Below are positions 7,478 through 16,152 of a stretch of DNA of 64,000 bases, piece by piece. Both the position numbers and the translations under genes were made by a program. Under the pieces are notes generated by a model. It had not been told where the DNA came from. It did no database searches and worked only from the letters and a program-made list of their open reading frames with translations. This DNA comes from a virus. The DNA is taken from positions 64,001-128,000 of the IMG/VR virus record IMGVR_UViG_3300005288_000001. One strand, written 5' to 3'. Numbering within the stretch: position 1 is the first letter of the stretch; each line of letters opens with the position of its first letter.

Positions 7478-10018
7478 TTAGCCGAAGAAATCTTCAAGCG
7501 ATGCAGTCTCCTCAGCCGCCCACCCAAGAGGACCAATAACGGCGTTCAACGGTGCCAGGAAGGCTTTATCAAACATCGTGTCGTAGTCAATGTGCTGGTC
7601 AATCTTGAACTCTGCAGGGATCTTACTGATGTACGAAATAACGTTTTCGTGAAACGCGTTGGGCATACGGAGGTACGTATATTTGACCTTGTCTCCTTCC
7701 TGGATCATCGGATATTTGGTGTCGATCTTAAGTCGCTTCGCATGATGGTTGAAGAGCAGGGCGCCACGAACTTGGATAGGTGTGCCGGAACGATAGACCG
7801 GACTACCGGACCACTTGGCCAATCCATTACAACCACGAGGGAATGCAATCTCATTCACGTCCAACTTCATAAATTCCTGACGCGTATTCGCCACCAGCTT
7901 CTGTACGGACTTTTCGTCACCATACAGAACTGTCTCAACGGCGGAACGCAACTGTGTACGAACCACTGCTGGAGTAGACGACTTAACCAGGGCCAGACCA
8001 CGCACCTTCAACTTCGGCTTCTCATAACGAACACCTTCAGAGTCCCACACGCTGAGCGCGTAGTTCTTCTTGGCAACGAAGACCGAAACGTCAGCAAGAA
8101 CTTCTCGCTTCATGGACATCGCTTGTTTATACGAGTTCATGTATTTCGCCAGGTCTTCATACGATTGCTTAATCAGCGGCTGGATGACCTGCTCACAGAC
8201 CTTATCCATGAAGTCAATCTGGGACTTCACATCCTTGCCCGGCATCGTCTTATCTACAAGAGCCTCAAGAGTCAGGTAGAACGCGTCCGTGTCAATCGTG
8301 ATAACGTAATCCTTATCCTTCGTACCAAGAATCTTGTTCATCTTCTCGTTCATACGGTTAGCCATCCAGCGAATTGCCAGCTGACCAGATAGGGTAATGC
8401 CTTCGGCGATACGGAGATCGTAATAGCGGAAGTAGTTGGAACCGATCGCACCATAAGCCGAGTTCAGCTGAATCTTACGAGCCAGCTGCAGATTGTTCAG
8501 GCGAGCAATTTCATTGAGCAGGCTTGAGTCCTTCGTCTTCTCATACTTATCCTCAAGCGCAAGCATTTCCTTCTTAAACTTCTTACGTTCAGCATACATC
8601 TTCTCCATCAGGAACGGCAAGAAGCCTTGCTTAGACCTGGTATAGCAGACGCCGTTGGCCGTCATCGTCGCGTTGTTATCGTAGAGCCATTGAAGGTCCG
8701 TATCCTGTTCCAGGAGCCCATCCACTGTCACGTTGAAACGCTTATCCTGGATCATTGTCTCAGGACTGATGTTTGCCCACATCATAATGTGTGGATACAG
8801 ACTGTCCAAGTCGAACGAGGCGACGTTACGGTGCTTACCGACAATCGGAGGCTTAACGTAAGCTCCTTCGAACTGGCCACCCTTGCTGGTATGGGTCTTG
8901 TTCGGGATAACGATCTTCAGGTCACGGAAGTGATTGTAAATCAGGACGTCCCAGACTCGAATCTGACCAGACACGTCTTCATAGTTAACCTTCGCGTCAT
9001 AGGCCACCGTCAGCGTCAGGTCTAGCAGCTTATGCTTCGCGTCAATACCACGGACAATTTCATTGTCGATAATATTGTATGCTACGAACTTGTCCCAGTT
9101 CCCTTCATAGAATGCTCGGAAGGTATCGAACTCATCGTGGTTCAGTTTCTTTCGCTTCAGTTCTACGTCACCGATGTGGTCCAGACGATAGTTCTCTTGC
9201 TTCGGAATCGATGTCGACTTCTTATAGATTTCGATGTAATCGATGGCAGAAATACCGGCGATGAAGTAATAGATGGTCGTGTCTTCCTCAACGACTACTC
9301 GCTTCTCACGGATGACACCCCATGGCGAAATTTGCTTTGCGAAGTCTTCTCCCATCACCTTAATCATCCGACGAATCATGTAGGGGACGTCGAAGGTATC
9401 GATGTTCCAACCAGTGATAACGTCTGGATAATTATTGGCCCAGAACTTCATGAACTCTTTGAAGAGCGAAATCTCATCGGCACAGATCGTCTTCTCAATG
9501 ACAGGAATATTCTCCGGGTCATGCTCAAAGTATTCCTTCTTGATGGTAAAGTCTTTGGCCGAGAAGACATGATAGCGTTTGTGGAGGCTATCATAGAAGG
9601 AGATAAGCAGCACTTCCTGGTCGGTGGTTTCCATGTTCGGGAAGCCGTTTTCAGCACGGGTCTCGATGTCCAGGAAGTAGGTCCGAATCATATTCATATC
9701 CGGAGAACGAATGCCAGGATATGTGTCGGCGATGTACTGATACTCATAGCTGGTCATTCCATAGACGTTGAATCCATGGACATCCTTGTACTGCTCAATG
9801 AAGTTTCTACAGTCTTTGATGCTACCAGGCTTTACTGGATAGACTGGTTTACCCTCAAGAGTCGTCCACTCTGAGGTCACGCCTGTTTTCTTGGCGTCCG
9901 TGAAAAGCGTTGGTTCGAACTTGACCTTGCGCATGAATCTTTCGCCATTCCGAAAGTATCCACGTTCTAAAATCTGATTCCCGTATTGGAAAACGTTAAG
10001 GTAATTGTCTTGGCTCAT
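7478..10018 (-). CDS. 43: family B DNA polymerase gp43
   Basis: Exonuclease DIET, FDVPY, YNIID; polymerase DLDSLYP, KIQLNSAYG, DTD, KKNY; C-terminal clamp motif ASLEDFFG. Confidence 0.97.
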   Translation of the reverse strand: MSQDNYLNVFQYGNQILERGYFRNGERFMRKVKFEPTLFTDAKKTGVTSEWTTLEGKPVYPVKPGSIKDCRNFIEQYKDVHGFNVYGMTSYEYQYIADTYPGIRSPDMNMIRTYFLDIETRAENGFPNMETTDQEVLLISFYDSLHKRYHVFSAKDFTIKKEYFEHDPENIPVIEKTICADEISLFKEFMKFWANNYPDVITGWNIDTFDVPYMIRRMIKVMGEDFAKQISPWGVIREKRVVVEEDTTIYYFIAGISAIDYIEIYKKSTSIPKQENYRLDHIGDVELKRKKLNHDEFDTFRAFYEGNWDKFVAYNIIDNEIVRGIDAKHKLLDLTLTVAYDAKVNYEDVSGQIRVWDVLIYNHFRDLKIVIPNKTHTSKGGQFEGAYVKPPIVGKHRNVASFDLDSLYPHIMMWANISPETMIQDKRFNVTVDGLLEQDTDLQWLYDNNATMTANGVCYTRSKQGFLPFLMEKMYAERKKFKKEMLALEDKYEKTKDSSLLNEIARLNNLQLARKIQLNSAYGAIGSNYFRYYDLRIAEGITLSGQLAIRWMANRMNEKMNKILGTKDKDYVITIDTDAFYLTLEALVDKTMPGKDVKSQIDFMDKVCEQVIQPLIKQSYEDLAKYMNSYKQAMSMKREVLADVSVFVAKKNYALSVWDSEGVRYEKPKLKVRGLALVKSSTPAVVRTQLRSAVETVLYGDEKSVQKLVANTRQEFMKLDVNEIAFPRGCNGLAKWSGSPVYRSGTPIQVRGALLFNHHAKRLKIDTKYPMIQEGDKVKYTYLRMPNAFHENVISYISKIPAEFKIDQHIDYDTMFDKAFLAPLNAVIGPLGWAAEETASLEDFFG

Positions 10019-10032
10019 TAATCTCCAAAGGT

Positions 10033-10067
10033 AAAAAGACCGGTTACCACCTATTGTAACCGGTCTT
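10033..10067 (-). terminator. 12-bp hairpin with short T run upstream of gene 43 (terminator and/or operator)
   Basis: AAGACCGGTTAC-N8-GTAACCGGTCTT continuing into TTT, then GGAG and ATG of gene 43. Confidence 0.6.
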
Positions 10068-10085
10068 GGAGGGTTTGGCTAGTTT

Positions 10086-10241
10086 TCAGCTTTTACTGTT
10101 CGCTGCCATAAAGATTTTCTTGTACGAAGCGATGCTGCCCATGAAGTTGATGTGGCAAGCGTCTTTGTCTTTCATCGGCTGCACCTTATTCAAGTGCTCG
10201 ATAAAATGCTTCCAGGCTTCTTCAAGTTCCGTAGAAGTCAT
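10086..10241 (-). CDS. hypothetical 51-aa protein (MTSTELEEAWKHF...), not in ORF track
   Basis: Read manually; fills the gap before the hairpin. Confidence 0.55.
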   Translation of the reverse strand: MTSTELEEAWKHFIEHLNKVQPMKDKDACHINFMGSIASYKKIFMAANSKS

Positions 10242-10449
10242 TGACTAGTTTCGTTAGTGATGCCATATCTTGGGCTACTGTCAACGGCGAACGCGACTTG
10301 AACACGTCGACTTGGTTGACTGTATCGATTACAAGGCTGGCTCGTGCCATCAAGTCTTGAGGAACTGACTTAAAGGTCCCCTCGACCAGGAAGTTCTGGA
10401 CTTGTGATCCGCTCCTTGCACTGAACGCGGAGAACTGTAAGAAAATCAC
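10222..10449 (-). CDS. hypothetical protein
   Basis: GTGA overlap with the dexA stop. Confidence 0.5.
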   Translation of the reverse strand: MIFLQFSAFSARSGSQVQNFLVEGTFKSVPQDLMARASLVIDTVNQVDVFKSRSPLTVAQDMASLTKLVNDFYGT

Positions 10450-11006
10450 TTGCCGTACCTCATCATCATAATGTCGTATGCGCAGTCATGGACTGGGTCG
10501 TGCTTCTTGACTTCGGTCTTATCGAAGCCAGGAACATCGCAGTATCCATTCTTGGCCGTTTCACATAGCAAATCAATTGCCGTACGAACGTCTCGATACA
10601 CCCAGAATTTGGCTAGATCAGGGACCCCGGCCGAACGTGTGAGCGAATCGATGGCGAGTTGGTCGAGCGAACCTCGAACCCAAATCGTATCTCCCTTGAC
10701 AGGAGCATTCTTGTAGTAGTCGCGAAGCGCATCCATACCTTCGTCCACATCATGATCGAGAGCATGAGGGACGAGACTCAGGTTGCGAGCGTGATCAGAT
10801 TGTTGTGCCCACCAGTCGAGGGTGGACTTATCCGTCGAACGCTTGTACTTCTTGATCTGCTCGGAAGCATCAAACTTGATAAACTTAGCTCGCTTGATCA
10901 AGTCATTGTAGGTGAATTCTTCTTCATGCGTCCAATGAATGATCGCAGCGGAAAGAACGACGGAGGTGGATTCAATACCTGCCGTCTCAATGTCGAACAT
11001 GAACAT
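10446..11006 (-). CDS. dexA: DexA-like DEDDh 3'-5' exonuclease
   Basis: FDIET, TLDWW, RDVRT, HDPVHDCAYD. Confidence 0.85.
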   Translation of the reverse strand: MFMFDIETAGIESTSVVLSAAIIHWTHEEEFTYNDLIKRAKFIKFDASEQIKKYKRSTDKSTLDWWAQQSDHARNLSLVPHALDHDVDEGMDALRDYYKNAPVKGDTIWVRGSLDQLAIDSLTRSAGVPDLAKFWVYRDVRTAIDLLCETAKNGYCDVPGFDKTEVKKHDPVHDCAYDIMMMRYGK

Positions 11007-11203
11007 TAGCTTTGTGCGGCAATTGCCGTTGTTCGCATGTGAATTGGGGGATTCAGTAGATCATTGATCATACGAGCCCAGGCATCATCTGCCAGAGCAC
11101 CCAACTTCATGTAGGTTTCGAAGAAGGGATTAAGCATTGCCGCCACCACGCAGAACGATACGAGCCATGGTGGAGACTGCTGCGCCGTCGCCAGCGTCAG
11201 CAA
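11006..11203 (-). CDS. hypothetical protein
   Basis: TAATG coupling to dexA; start uncertain. Confidence 0.4.
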   Translation of the reverse strand: MLTLATAQQSPPWLVSFCVVAAMLNPFFETYMKLGALADDAWARMINDLLNPPIHMRTTAIAAQS

Positions 11204-11399
11204 AGTCCTTTGCCATGAAGTAGAGAGGCGAGATCACCTTCTCTTGCTTGCCGGTCGTTTCGTTGATTTGGAACGAGGTCATCTGTTCCTTAATGAAACG
11301 GAGCGGGCGCACGATAATGGCTGGACCAAGGGCTTGCCATGCAGCCAGCTTTGCCTTCTTGGCGGCAATACGGTTTTCGGTGTCGAATTGTAGAGTCAT
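11130..11399 (-). CDS. hypothetical protein
   Basis: ORF in the accessory block with an A-rich leader. Confidence 0.55.
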   Translation of the reverse strand: MTLQFDTENRIAAKKAKLAAWQALGPAIIVRPLRFIKEQMTSFQINETTGKQEKVISPLYFMAKDFADAGDGAAVSTMARIVLRGGGNA

Positions 11400-11413
11400 T
11401 TGTTTCTTTCTGA

Positions 11414-11869
11414 TTAGTCGTGCGAGTATTCGTCGACGCTGATGCCTTCTTTGGTGGCGGTCACACGAACATGGTTACCGAAGAGCGCTTCGAACAAGTC
11501 ATCCATCACGCTGAAACCCCAGAGGCCGGTCAGCTCATCCATGGCTGCTTCTTCAGCTGCTGTTGGTGTACCTGAATATTCGCCATAAGCGTCTTCACCA
11601 TACAGCCAAGAATCTTCAAGTTCGCTCTCGAGTTCATCGTACTCGATTTCACCATCTGCATCGTTCGTGAACGTAGGATAGTTCACACTGAAGACACATT
11701 CATCGCCGTCATTGAAGTATGGTGAATACTGAGTCCAGGTGAACTTGGCAATGCCGGGATTTACTTCGAAGAACTTCTTAAATTCTTCAGTCAGGAGGGT
11801 CTTACCATTCTCAATAAATGCTGCTTGGGCGGCAGCAATTTCTTTGACCATATCAATCAATGTACTCAT
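11414..11869 (-). CDS. acidic phage protein with WTQYSPYFNDGDEC motif
   Basis: Distinctive motif; overlaps the neighbouring His-rich gene. Confidence 0.65.
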   Translation of the reverse strand: MSTLIDMVKEIAAAQAAFIENGKTLLTEEFKKFFEVNPGIAKFTWTQYSPYFNDGDECVFSVNYPTFTNDADGEIEYDELESELEDSWLYGEDAYGEYSGTPTAAEEAAMDELTGLWGFSVMDDLFEALFGNHVRVTATKEGISVDEYSHD

Positions 11870-12236
11870 TGTCGTCTTTCTTAAAAGGAATAAATGTGGC
11901 CTTAGCCGTGTTACGTTTCTCGGTACCAGACATCCAAGGCTGGATTGTCATGTTCAGAAGATACTGCTCCATCGTTGGGATGAAACCGAGGTCTTGTAGA
12001 ATATGATCTTCAGCAACATCACGGGGCGAATATTCTTTGCCATCGGAGTTGAGTCGAGTTCTACCGAATACTTGCTCTACGATAAAGCAGCCAAAGGCAG
12101 AATGTAGAATTGCCCTATGGCGAATGTCAGGCATCGCTGCTTTGGAGCTATCGATGAAGTCGTCGATGTCGGCATAGTCTTCAGCCTTGCCGCCATACTT
12201 CTTCACATGGATTCGACTATGCAGAAACGGCTTCAT
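11853..12236 (-). CDS. DUF6915-like His-rich protein
   Basis: H-x3-H...YGG..EDY, DSSK, RHRAILHS, AEDHILQDLGFIPT. Confidence 0.6.
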   Translation of the reverse strand: MKPFLHSRIHVKKYGGKAEDYADIDDFIDSSKAAMPDIRHRAILHSAFGCFIVEQVFGRTRLNSDGKEYSPRDVAEDHILQDLGFIPTMEQYLLNMTIQPWMSGTEKRNTAKATFIPFKKDDNEYID

Positions 12237-12373
12237 TTCATGCTAGCCGTGGCATCAACGAGAAGAAGGATACCAAGCAAAAGCCAGAATGAAATGGTGA
12301 AAGCATTTATACCATTCTGTCCGAGGATGTATCCAAACAACCCGTACAAAAGCAAGCTTAGAATAAGTTTCAT
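12233..12373 (-). CDS. 46-aa membrane peptide (MKLILSLLLYGLFGYILGQ...), not in ORF track
   Basis: Read manually; GAGG RBS, TATAAT at 12383-12388, two hydrophobic segments. Confidence 0.55.
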   Translation of the reverse strand: MKLILSLLLYGLFGYILGQNGINAFTISFWLLLGILLLVDATASMK

Positions 12374-12402
12374 ATTACCTCTATTATAACCGCTGGACTG
12401 GA

Positions 12403-12834
12403 TCAGTCCGGCAGCTGTTCCAGCAGGCTGGAAATGTCGTATTGGAATCGTTCCTTCATCGCATCCAGAACGTCGTCAGGAACACCGTGTACGTTGCCCC
12501 AGTTGGTTTGGCAGACGAAGACCGTAGGTTGCTTCCCATAGGTATGGATCATGTCAACATACGGCTTCATTTCCTTGAGGGTCGTGAAGGTATTCGAGAC
12601 GATAACATGCCCGCCACGTCCCAGTGCTTCGGCCGTAGACTGCTGACACCAAGCATGGGCCTGGCGCAGCTTCTGGCGGTCAAACTTGTATTCCCGGCCA
12701 TCCATGAAATACTGGTCAGCCTCGAAATGATAGCCCACAAGACCCAGAGAAATCCACGAATTAACCAAATTCTTTGCCAAGGTAGACTTACCTGATCCAG
12801 GGATGCCACGAATAAGAGTGAGAGAAGGATTCAT
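12403..12834 (-). CDS. P-loop kinase (AAA_33 / polynucleotide-kinase-like)
   Basis: IRGIPGSGKST, EADQYF, AHAWCQ, VIVSNTF, NVHGVP. Confidence 0.85.
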   Translation of the reverse strand: MNPSLTLIRGIPGSGKSTLAKNLVNSWISLGLVGYHFEADQYFMDGREYKFDRQKLRQAHAWCQQSTAEALGRGGHVIVSNTFTTLKEMKPYVDMIHTYGKQPTVFVCQTNWGNVHGVPDDVLDAMKERFQYDISSLLEQLPD

Positions 12835-13430
12835 CAGTCAGTTCCCGATCCATGAGTTTTGATATCGCCGGTGAGGCAGTATCCTACAACGTCATCCATT
12901 CGACGAACCACAGCACCGTCAGAATAGACAGCAGAATCAACACCAACGTCCATTGCACGATAACGCTCCAGACCACTAACCGAACCGTGAAGGTGTCCAT
13001 ATAGGTGTACCGCACCATGATGGCAGCGATTCCATTCGGCAATCGGGAAATGGAACATAACGACCTTGACAGGCTTCTTAGGTTCATTCTCACGTGGTTC
13101 TTCCAAGGTGTATTCGATTTCGAGATAGTCGTGGATACTCACGAATTGCTTCCGGAACCGATCGTTTTGCAACATCTTCTTGTCGTGGTTACCCACAACC
13201 AGAATCTTCTTGCCGAACAGACGATAGGCAATATCAGTTGCCTTGTCCGCAGCCAGGAAGGCGAAGTCTCCAAGAATGAAAACCGTGTCGGTCGGATGAA
13301 CCTTGGTGTTCCACTCTTGGATGAACTTCTCATTCATTTCATCGATATCCGCAAACTTCCGGGTTGCCGGATTGAATTTGAGGATGTTAGCGTGACCGAA
13401 ATGCAGATCACTCGTTACCCATGTTGTCAT
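12834..13430 (-). CDS. calcineurin-like metallophosphoesterase
   Basis: SDLHFGH, LGD, GNHD, HFP, GHLH, DVGVD; start re-assigned to MTTWVTSD. Confidence 0.9.
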   Translation of the reverse strand: MTTWVTSDLHFGHANILKFNPATRKFADIDEMNEKFIQEWNTKVHPTDTVFILGDFAFLAADKATDIAYRLFGKKILVVGNHDKKMLQNDRFRKQFVSIHDYLEIEYTLEEPRENEPKKPVKVVMFHFPIAEWNRCHHGAVHLYGHLHGSVSGLERYRAMDVGVDSAVYSDGAVVRRMDDVVGYCLTGDIKTHGSGTD

Positions 13431-13434
13431 TCTT

Positions 13435-13881
13435 TTACCAATCAAACGTGAAGCTGTGGTATCCTTCGGCCAGGATAGCTTCCTTAAAGTCATCGAGATT
13501 CGCCGGAGTGAATGGCTTCATGCGTTCCAGATTTTCCGGATCCACTTCGGTTTCGCCGTCTTCGAGTTCAAAGTAGCTGGCGATTTGTTCATCTACCAAA
13601 TCAAGCAGTTCTACGCTGTCGTACTTAGAATCCACGAAAGTGTCGTACCATTCGATGTCGCCATGCTTCTTCTCAAATTCAGGGAAGTGCATGATCCATT
13701 GATGGTTGTCGCGCAGTTCATTAGGAACTCCACGGAAGAAGTACCACCGTTCATCCAAGGAAAGTTCCTTATCAGTGTAGATGCTACGCAGTTCCTTCTT
13801 CATCGCCTTGATCGAATCGACCAAAACGCCGCAAACTTCCAGACATGCGTCCGGGCCAGTGGTATCAAGTTGTTGTTCCAT
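13435..13881 (-). CDS. acidic hypothetical protein
   Basis: Lies between the Rnl1-like and phosphoesterase genes; start MEQQLD with AGGA RBS. Confidence 0.6.
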   Translation of the reverse strand: MEQQLDTTGPDACLEVCGVLVDSIKAMKKELRSIYTDKELSLDERWYFFRGVPNELRDNHQWIMHFPEFEKKHGDIEWYDTFVDSKYDSVELLDLVDEQIASYFELEDGETEVDPENLERMKPFTPANLDDFKEAILAEGYHSFTFDW

Positions 13882-14761
13882 AATCTTCCTTAGAGAGGTA
13901 TTGTTCAATAAAAGCACGACGTTCTTGTTCTTCCATCACGTCGAACGTCTCACGGTTCGCGGAGAGGTAATCGAGGAGAGGATAGTACTCCTCATCGATC
14001 TTCTGCTTCGCGTTTCGTGCAATCAACGTTTCCATATCCCGGCCACGCATAAACAGCTTCTTCACCAGGTAATGGGGTGACTTAATTTTAGCTGAAACGC
14101 CGTCCTCGGTATAGAACACGTAGCCCTCGTGCTGGCAGGTCTTGATCTGTTCCTTGAGGGCACCGATAGTTGTATACCAAGCCATCGGACGACCATACTG
14201 GGTCCACATATGTTCCATGCCACGAGTGATGTCGTTGTAACGGACGCCGATTTCGTACATTCCCGGTGCTTCATAGATGATATGTGGGTCTTCGGGATGG
14301 CAGCACTCGAACAACATGGTGGCGTTCTTTCCGCGCAGGTATGCGTTGAGCGAATCCATATAATCCGTTCCCATCTTTTCCAGCATTTCAGTTGCCATTA
14401 GGGCAAACGACGAATCAATTGATCCGGTCGTCGAAACGAACAGCTTACCCTTGTACGAGCTGACAGCGGCCATGAAGCCATTGTACTTTCGCATCGCCAC
14501 AATTTTGGTATCGTCGGCCAGCTTCGGAGCTTCCTTCTCGATGCCATAGTTATAGACCTTCCGGAAGGGAAGGCTGACGATGTTCCAGTCCTTGTCAACC
14601 ACGGTCCCTCGACAGTCTTCCAGGAAGCGATTCCACAGACCATCGTAGAAGACCTTACGCTTGTACTTCAGCACAAACAGGTCGGGATTGCTGGTTGGTT
14701 TCTTGTCTACCAGCTTCGGGTTTGCCTCAACCCAACGAATAAAATCAAGAGGAAGTTTCAT
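13865..14761 (-). CDS. RNA ligase 1 family (T4 RnlA-like)
   Basis: CRG, PFRKVYNY, motif I KYNG, LFE, EGYV, KIKS; start MKLPLDF. Confidence 0.8.
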   Translation of the reverse strand: MKLPLDFIRWVEANPKLVDKKPTSNPDLFVLKYKRKVFYDGLWNRFLEDCRGTVVDKDWNIVSLPFRKVYNYGIEKEAPKLADDTKIVAMRKYNGFMAAVSSYKGKLFVSTTGSIDSSFALMATEMLEKMGTDYMDSLNAYLRGKNATMLFECCHPEDPHIIYEAPGMYEIGVRYNDITRGMEHMWTQYGRPMAWYTTIGALKEQIKTCQHEGYVFYTEDGVSAKIKSPHYLVKKLFMRGRDMETLIARNAKQKIDEEYYPLLDYLSANRETFDVMEEQERRAFIEQYLSKEDYGTTT

Positions 14762-14763
14762 AA

Positions 14764-15708
14764 TTAAGCCATTGCAGGTTGACCGACGTAAGGAGTGACC
14801 ACGCCAGATTTCACATCTTCCCAAAACTGATTGACATAATTGGGGTCATAAAGTTCCACGACAGCATCGTAGTGGTCCCAGGCAAACTCGCGGAACCATC
14901 CGGAAGTAATGCTGGTGCAAACCTTTTCGAGCGCCATCAGGAAACTCTCCAACGGAGTCTTCATCCCAGGGAATGGTATTTGTGAACGTTCAAGAGCCAG
15001 CACCATTGACTCCTCAAGAACGCCATGCAGGCGAATCTGTTGGGGAGCTGCATAGAACAGTTCCCTCGAACAGAAGACGTCTGCCTCATCTTCCTTGTAG
15101 ACTTCATACGCAGGTTGGTATCCTCGCATCACACTCCGATGAATCGAGTCGTGGTCATACTTGTAGTCCACGCCATCACCGTTGAAGAACCGCGACTTAC
15201 TAACATTGAGCTTTGGGTGCCCATAGTTGTAAGTCGCAATTTCTCGCCGGCGATAGAAATCCATATGGATTGGATCAATCTCAGCGCCAAGATTTCTCAT
15301 CATCTTGATGTCCGCCATTGTCTTGTGAAAGTGCGGCGAGTTCTTCAGATACCGATGACTCATCTTCAGCATGTACAGGAAGTTGAAGCTCGGCACAAAC
15401 ATCTGGGAAGACCTGATGTCATAGCCTTGTGTATCATCATCTGCCATTGCCGTCTCGTACAGGTCTTCTGCAGAACTGTCAGGCCAAACGATCTCAGCCT
15501 CGAAGATTTGGCTATTTTGGTACTTCGCTACCAGCTTCTTCCCTTGGCTGATTGGAATCAAACTACGAAGACCATGCTTCGATTTGAAATACTCAACCAG
15601 ATCATCGTAATATCCTACCAGGTCATAGTCCTGGCCATAGCTACGATGATCAATTGGGTGGTGAAAACGTGCAGCATGGCTACCAACCAAAAGCAAGGGA
15701 TGTTTCAT
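14764..15708 (-). CDS. putative nucleotidyltransferase-fold protein
   Basis: N-terminal LVGS...DYDLV (GS plus DxD, Pol-beta-like) followed by LKMSH, HDSIH, EESMVLALER, KVCTSITSGWFR. Confidence 0.55.
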   Translation of the reverse strand: MKHPLLLVGSHAARFHHPIDHRSYGQDYDLVGYYDDLVEYFKSKHGLRSLIPISQGKKLVAKYQNSQIFEAEIVWPDSSAEDLYETAMADDDTQGYDIRSSQMFVPSFNFLYMLKMSHRYLKNSPHFHKTMADIKMMRNLGAEIDPIHMDFYRRREIATYNYGHPKLNVSKSRFFNGDGVDYKYDHDSIHRSVMRGYQPAYEVYKEDEADVFCSRELFYAAPQQIRLHGVLEESMVLALERSQIPFPGMKTPLESFLMALEKVCTSITSGWFREFAWDHYDAVVELYDPNYVNQFWEDVKSGVVTPYVGQPAMA

Positions 15709-15709
15709 A

Positions 15710-15904
15710 TTAGCAGTTGCTGGAGTTCCAGCCAGAAGCTTCGGCAGAGTCGGTGACCAGGTCGTTGATCACCGAATTGTCGCTCAGGTCGAGACCAAGA
15801 CTGAAGTCGCGGTTGAGGGCGTTGAATTCACCGATCGCGTCCGCGATGATTTGGGTGATAACGCTTGCCTTTTCGAGGGCTTCTTCACGAGTCATTTGTG
15901 TCAT
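15710..15904 (-). CDS. small acidic protein, paralog C, ends GWNSSNC
   Basis: Shares the N-terminal helix pattern and C-terminal motif with its two neighbours. Confidence 0.75.
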   Translation of the reverse strand: MTQMTREEALEKASVITQIIADAIGEFNALNRDFSLGLDLSDNSVINDLVTDSAEASGWNSSNC

Positions 15905-15913
15905 GTTTAGTCC

Positions 15914-16144
15914 TTAGCAGCTTTGGCTGGATGGATACCAACCGTTTTGGGATTCACCGTAACCACCACCTTCTTGGTCGGCATCGGCTCCTTTGAAGTA
16001 ACCACCCATTCCATAGGCGACTTCAAAGTTGAAGGTGAGATCGTATTCGATGGCAAGAGCCTCAGCAGCGTTGATAGAAGCATAAGCCGCAGCCAGGTGC
16101 TCAGAGATTTTAGCATTTGCTTCTTGTTTGGTGAGTGTTGTCAT
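15914..16144 (-). CDS. small acidic protein, paralog B, ends GWYPSSQSC
   Basis: AAGGA RBS; LTFNFE segment shared with paralog A. Confidence 0.8.
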   Translation of the reverse strand: MTTLTKQEANAKISEHLAAAYASINAAEALAIEYDLTFNFEVAYGMGGYFKGADADQEGGGYGESQNGWYPSSQSC

Positions 16145-16152
16145 ATTTCCTT

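Noticed and set aside
7592-9874. Long plus-strand ORFs (266, 280 aa; likewise 15025..15756, 21611..22486, 57445..58227, 60838..61536)
   Set aside because: They are antisense shadows of well-supported minus-strand genes, with no motifs or RBS; expected from codon bias.
12403-12834. P-loop kinase as the 5-hmU DNA kinase that would feed the AADT
   Set aside because: Its motifs fit AAA_33/PNK-like kinases, it lacks the LEDFF tail, and it sits with RNA-ligase genes 8 kb away; not fully excluded.
15907-16116. Alternative-frame 69-aa ORF overlapping paralog B
   Set aside because: The 76-aa frame has an RBS and paralogy support; this frame has neither.
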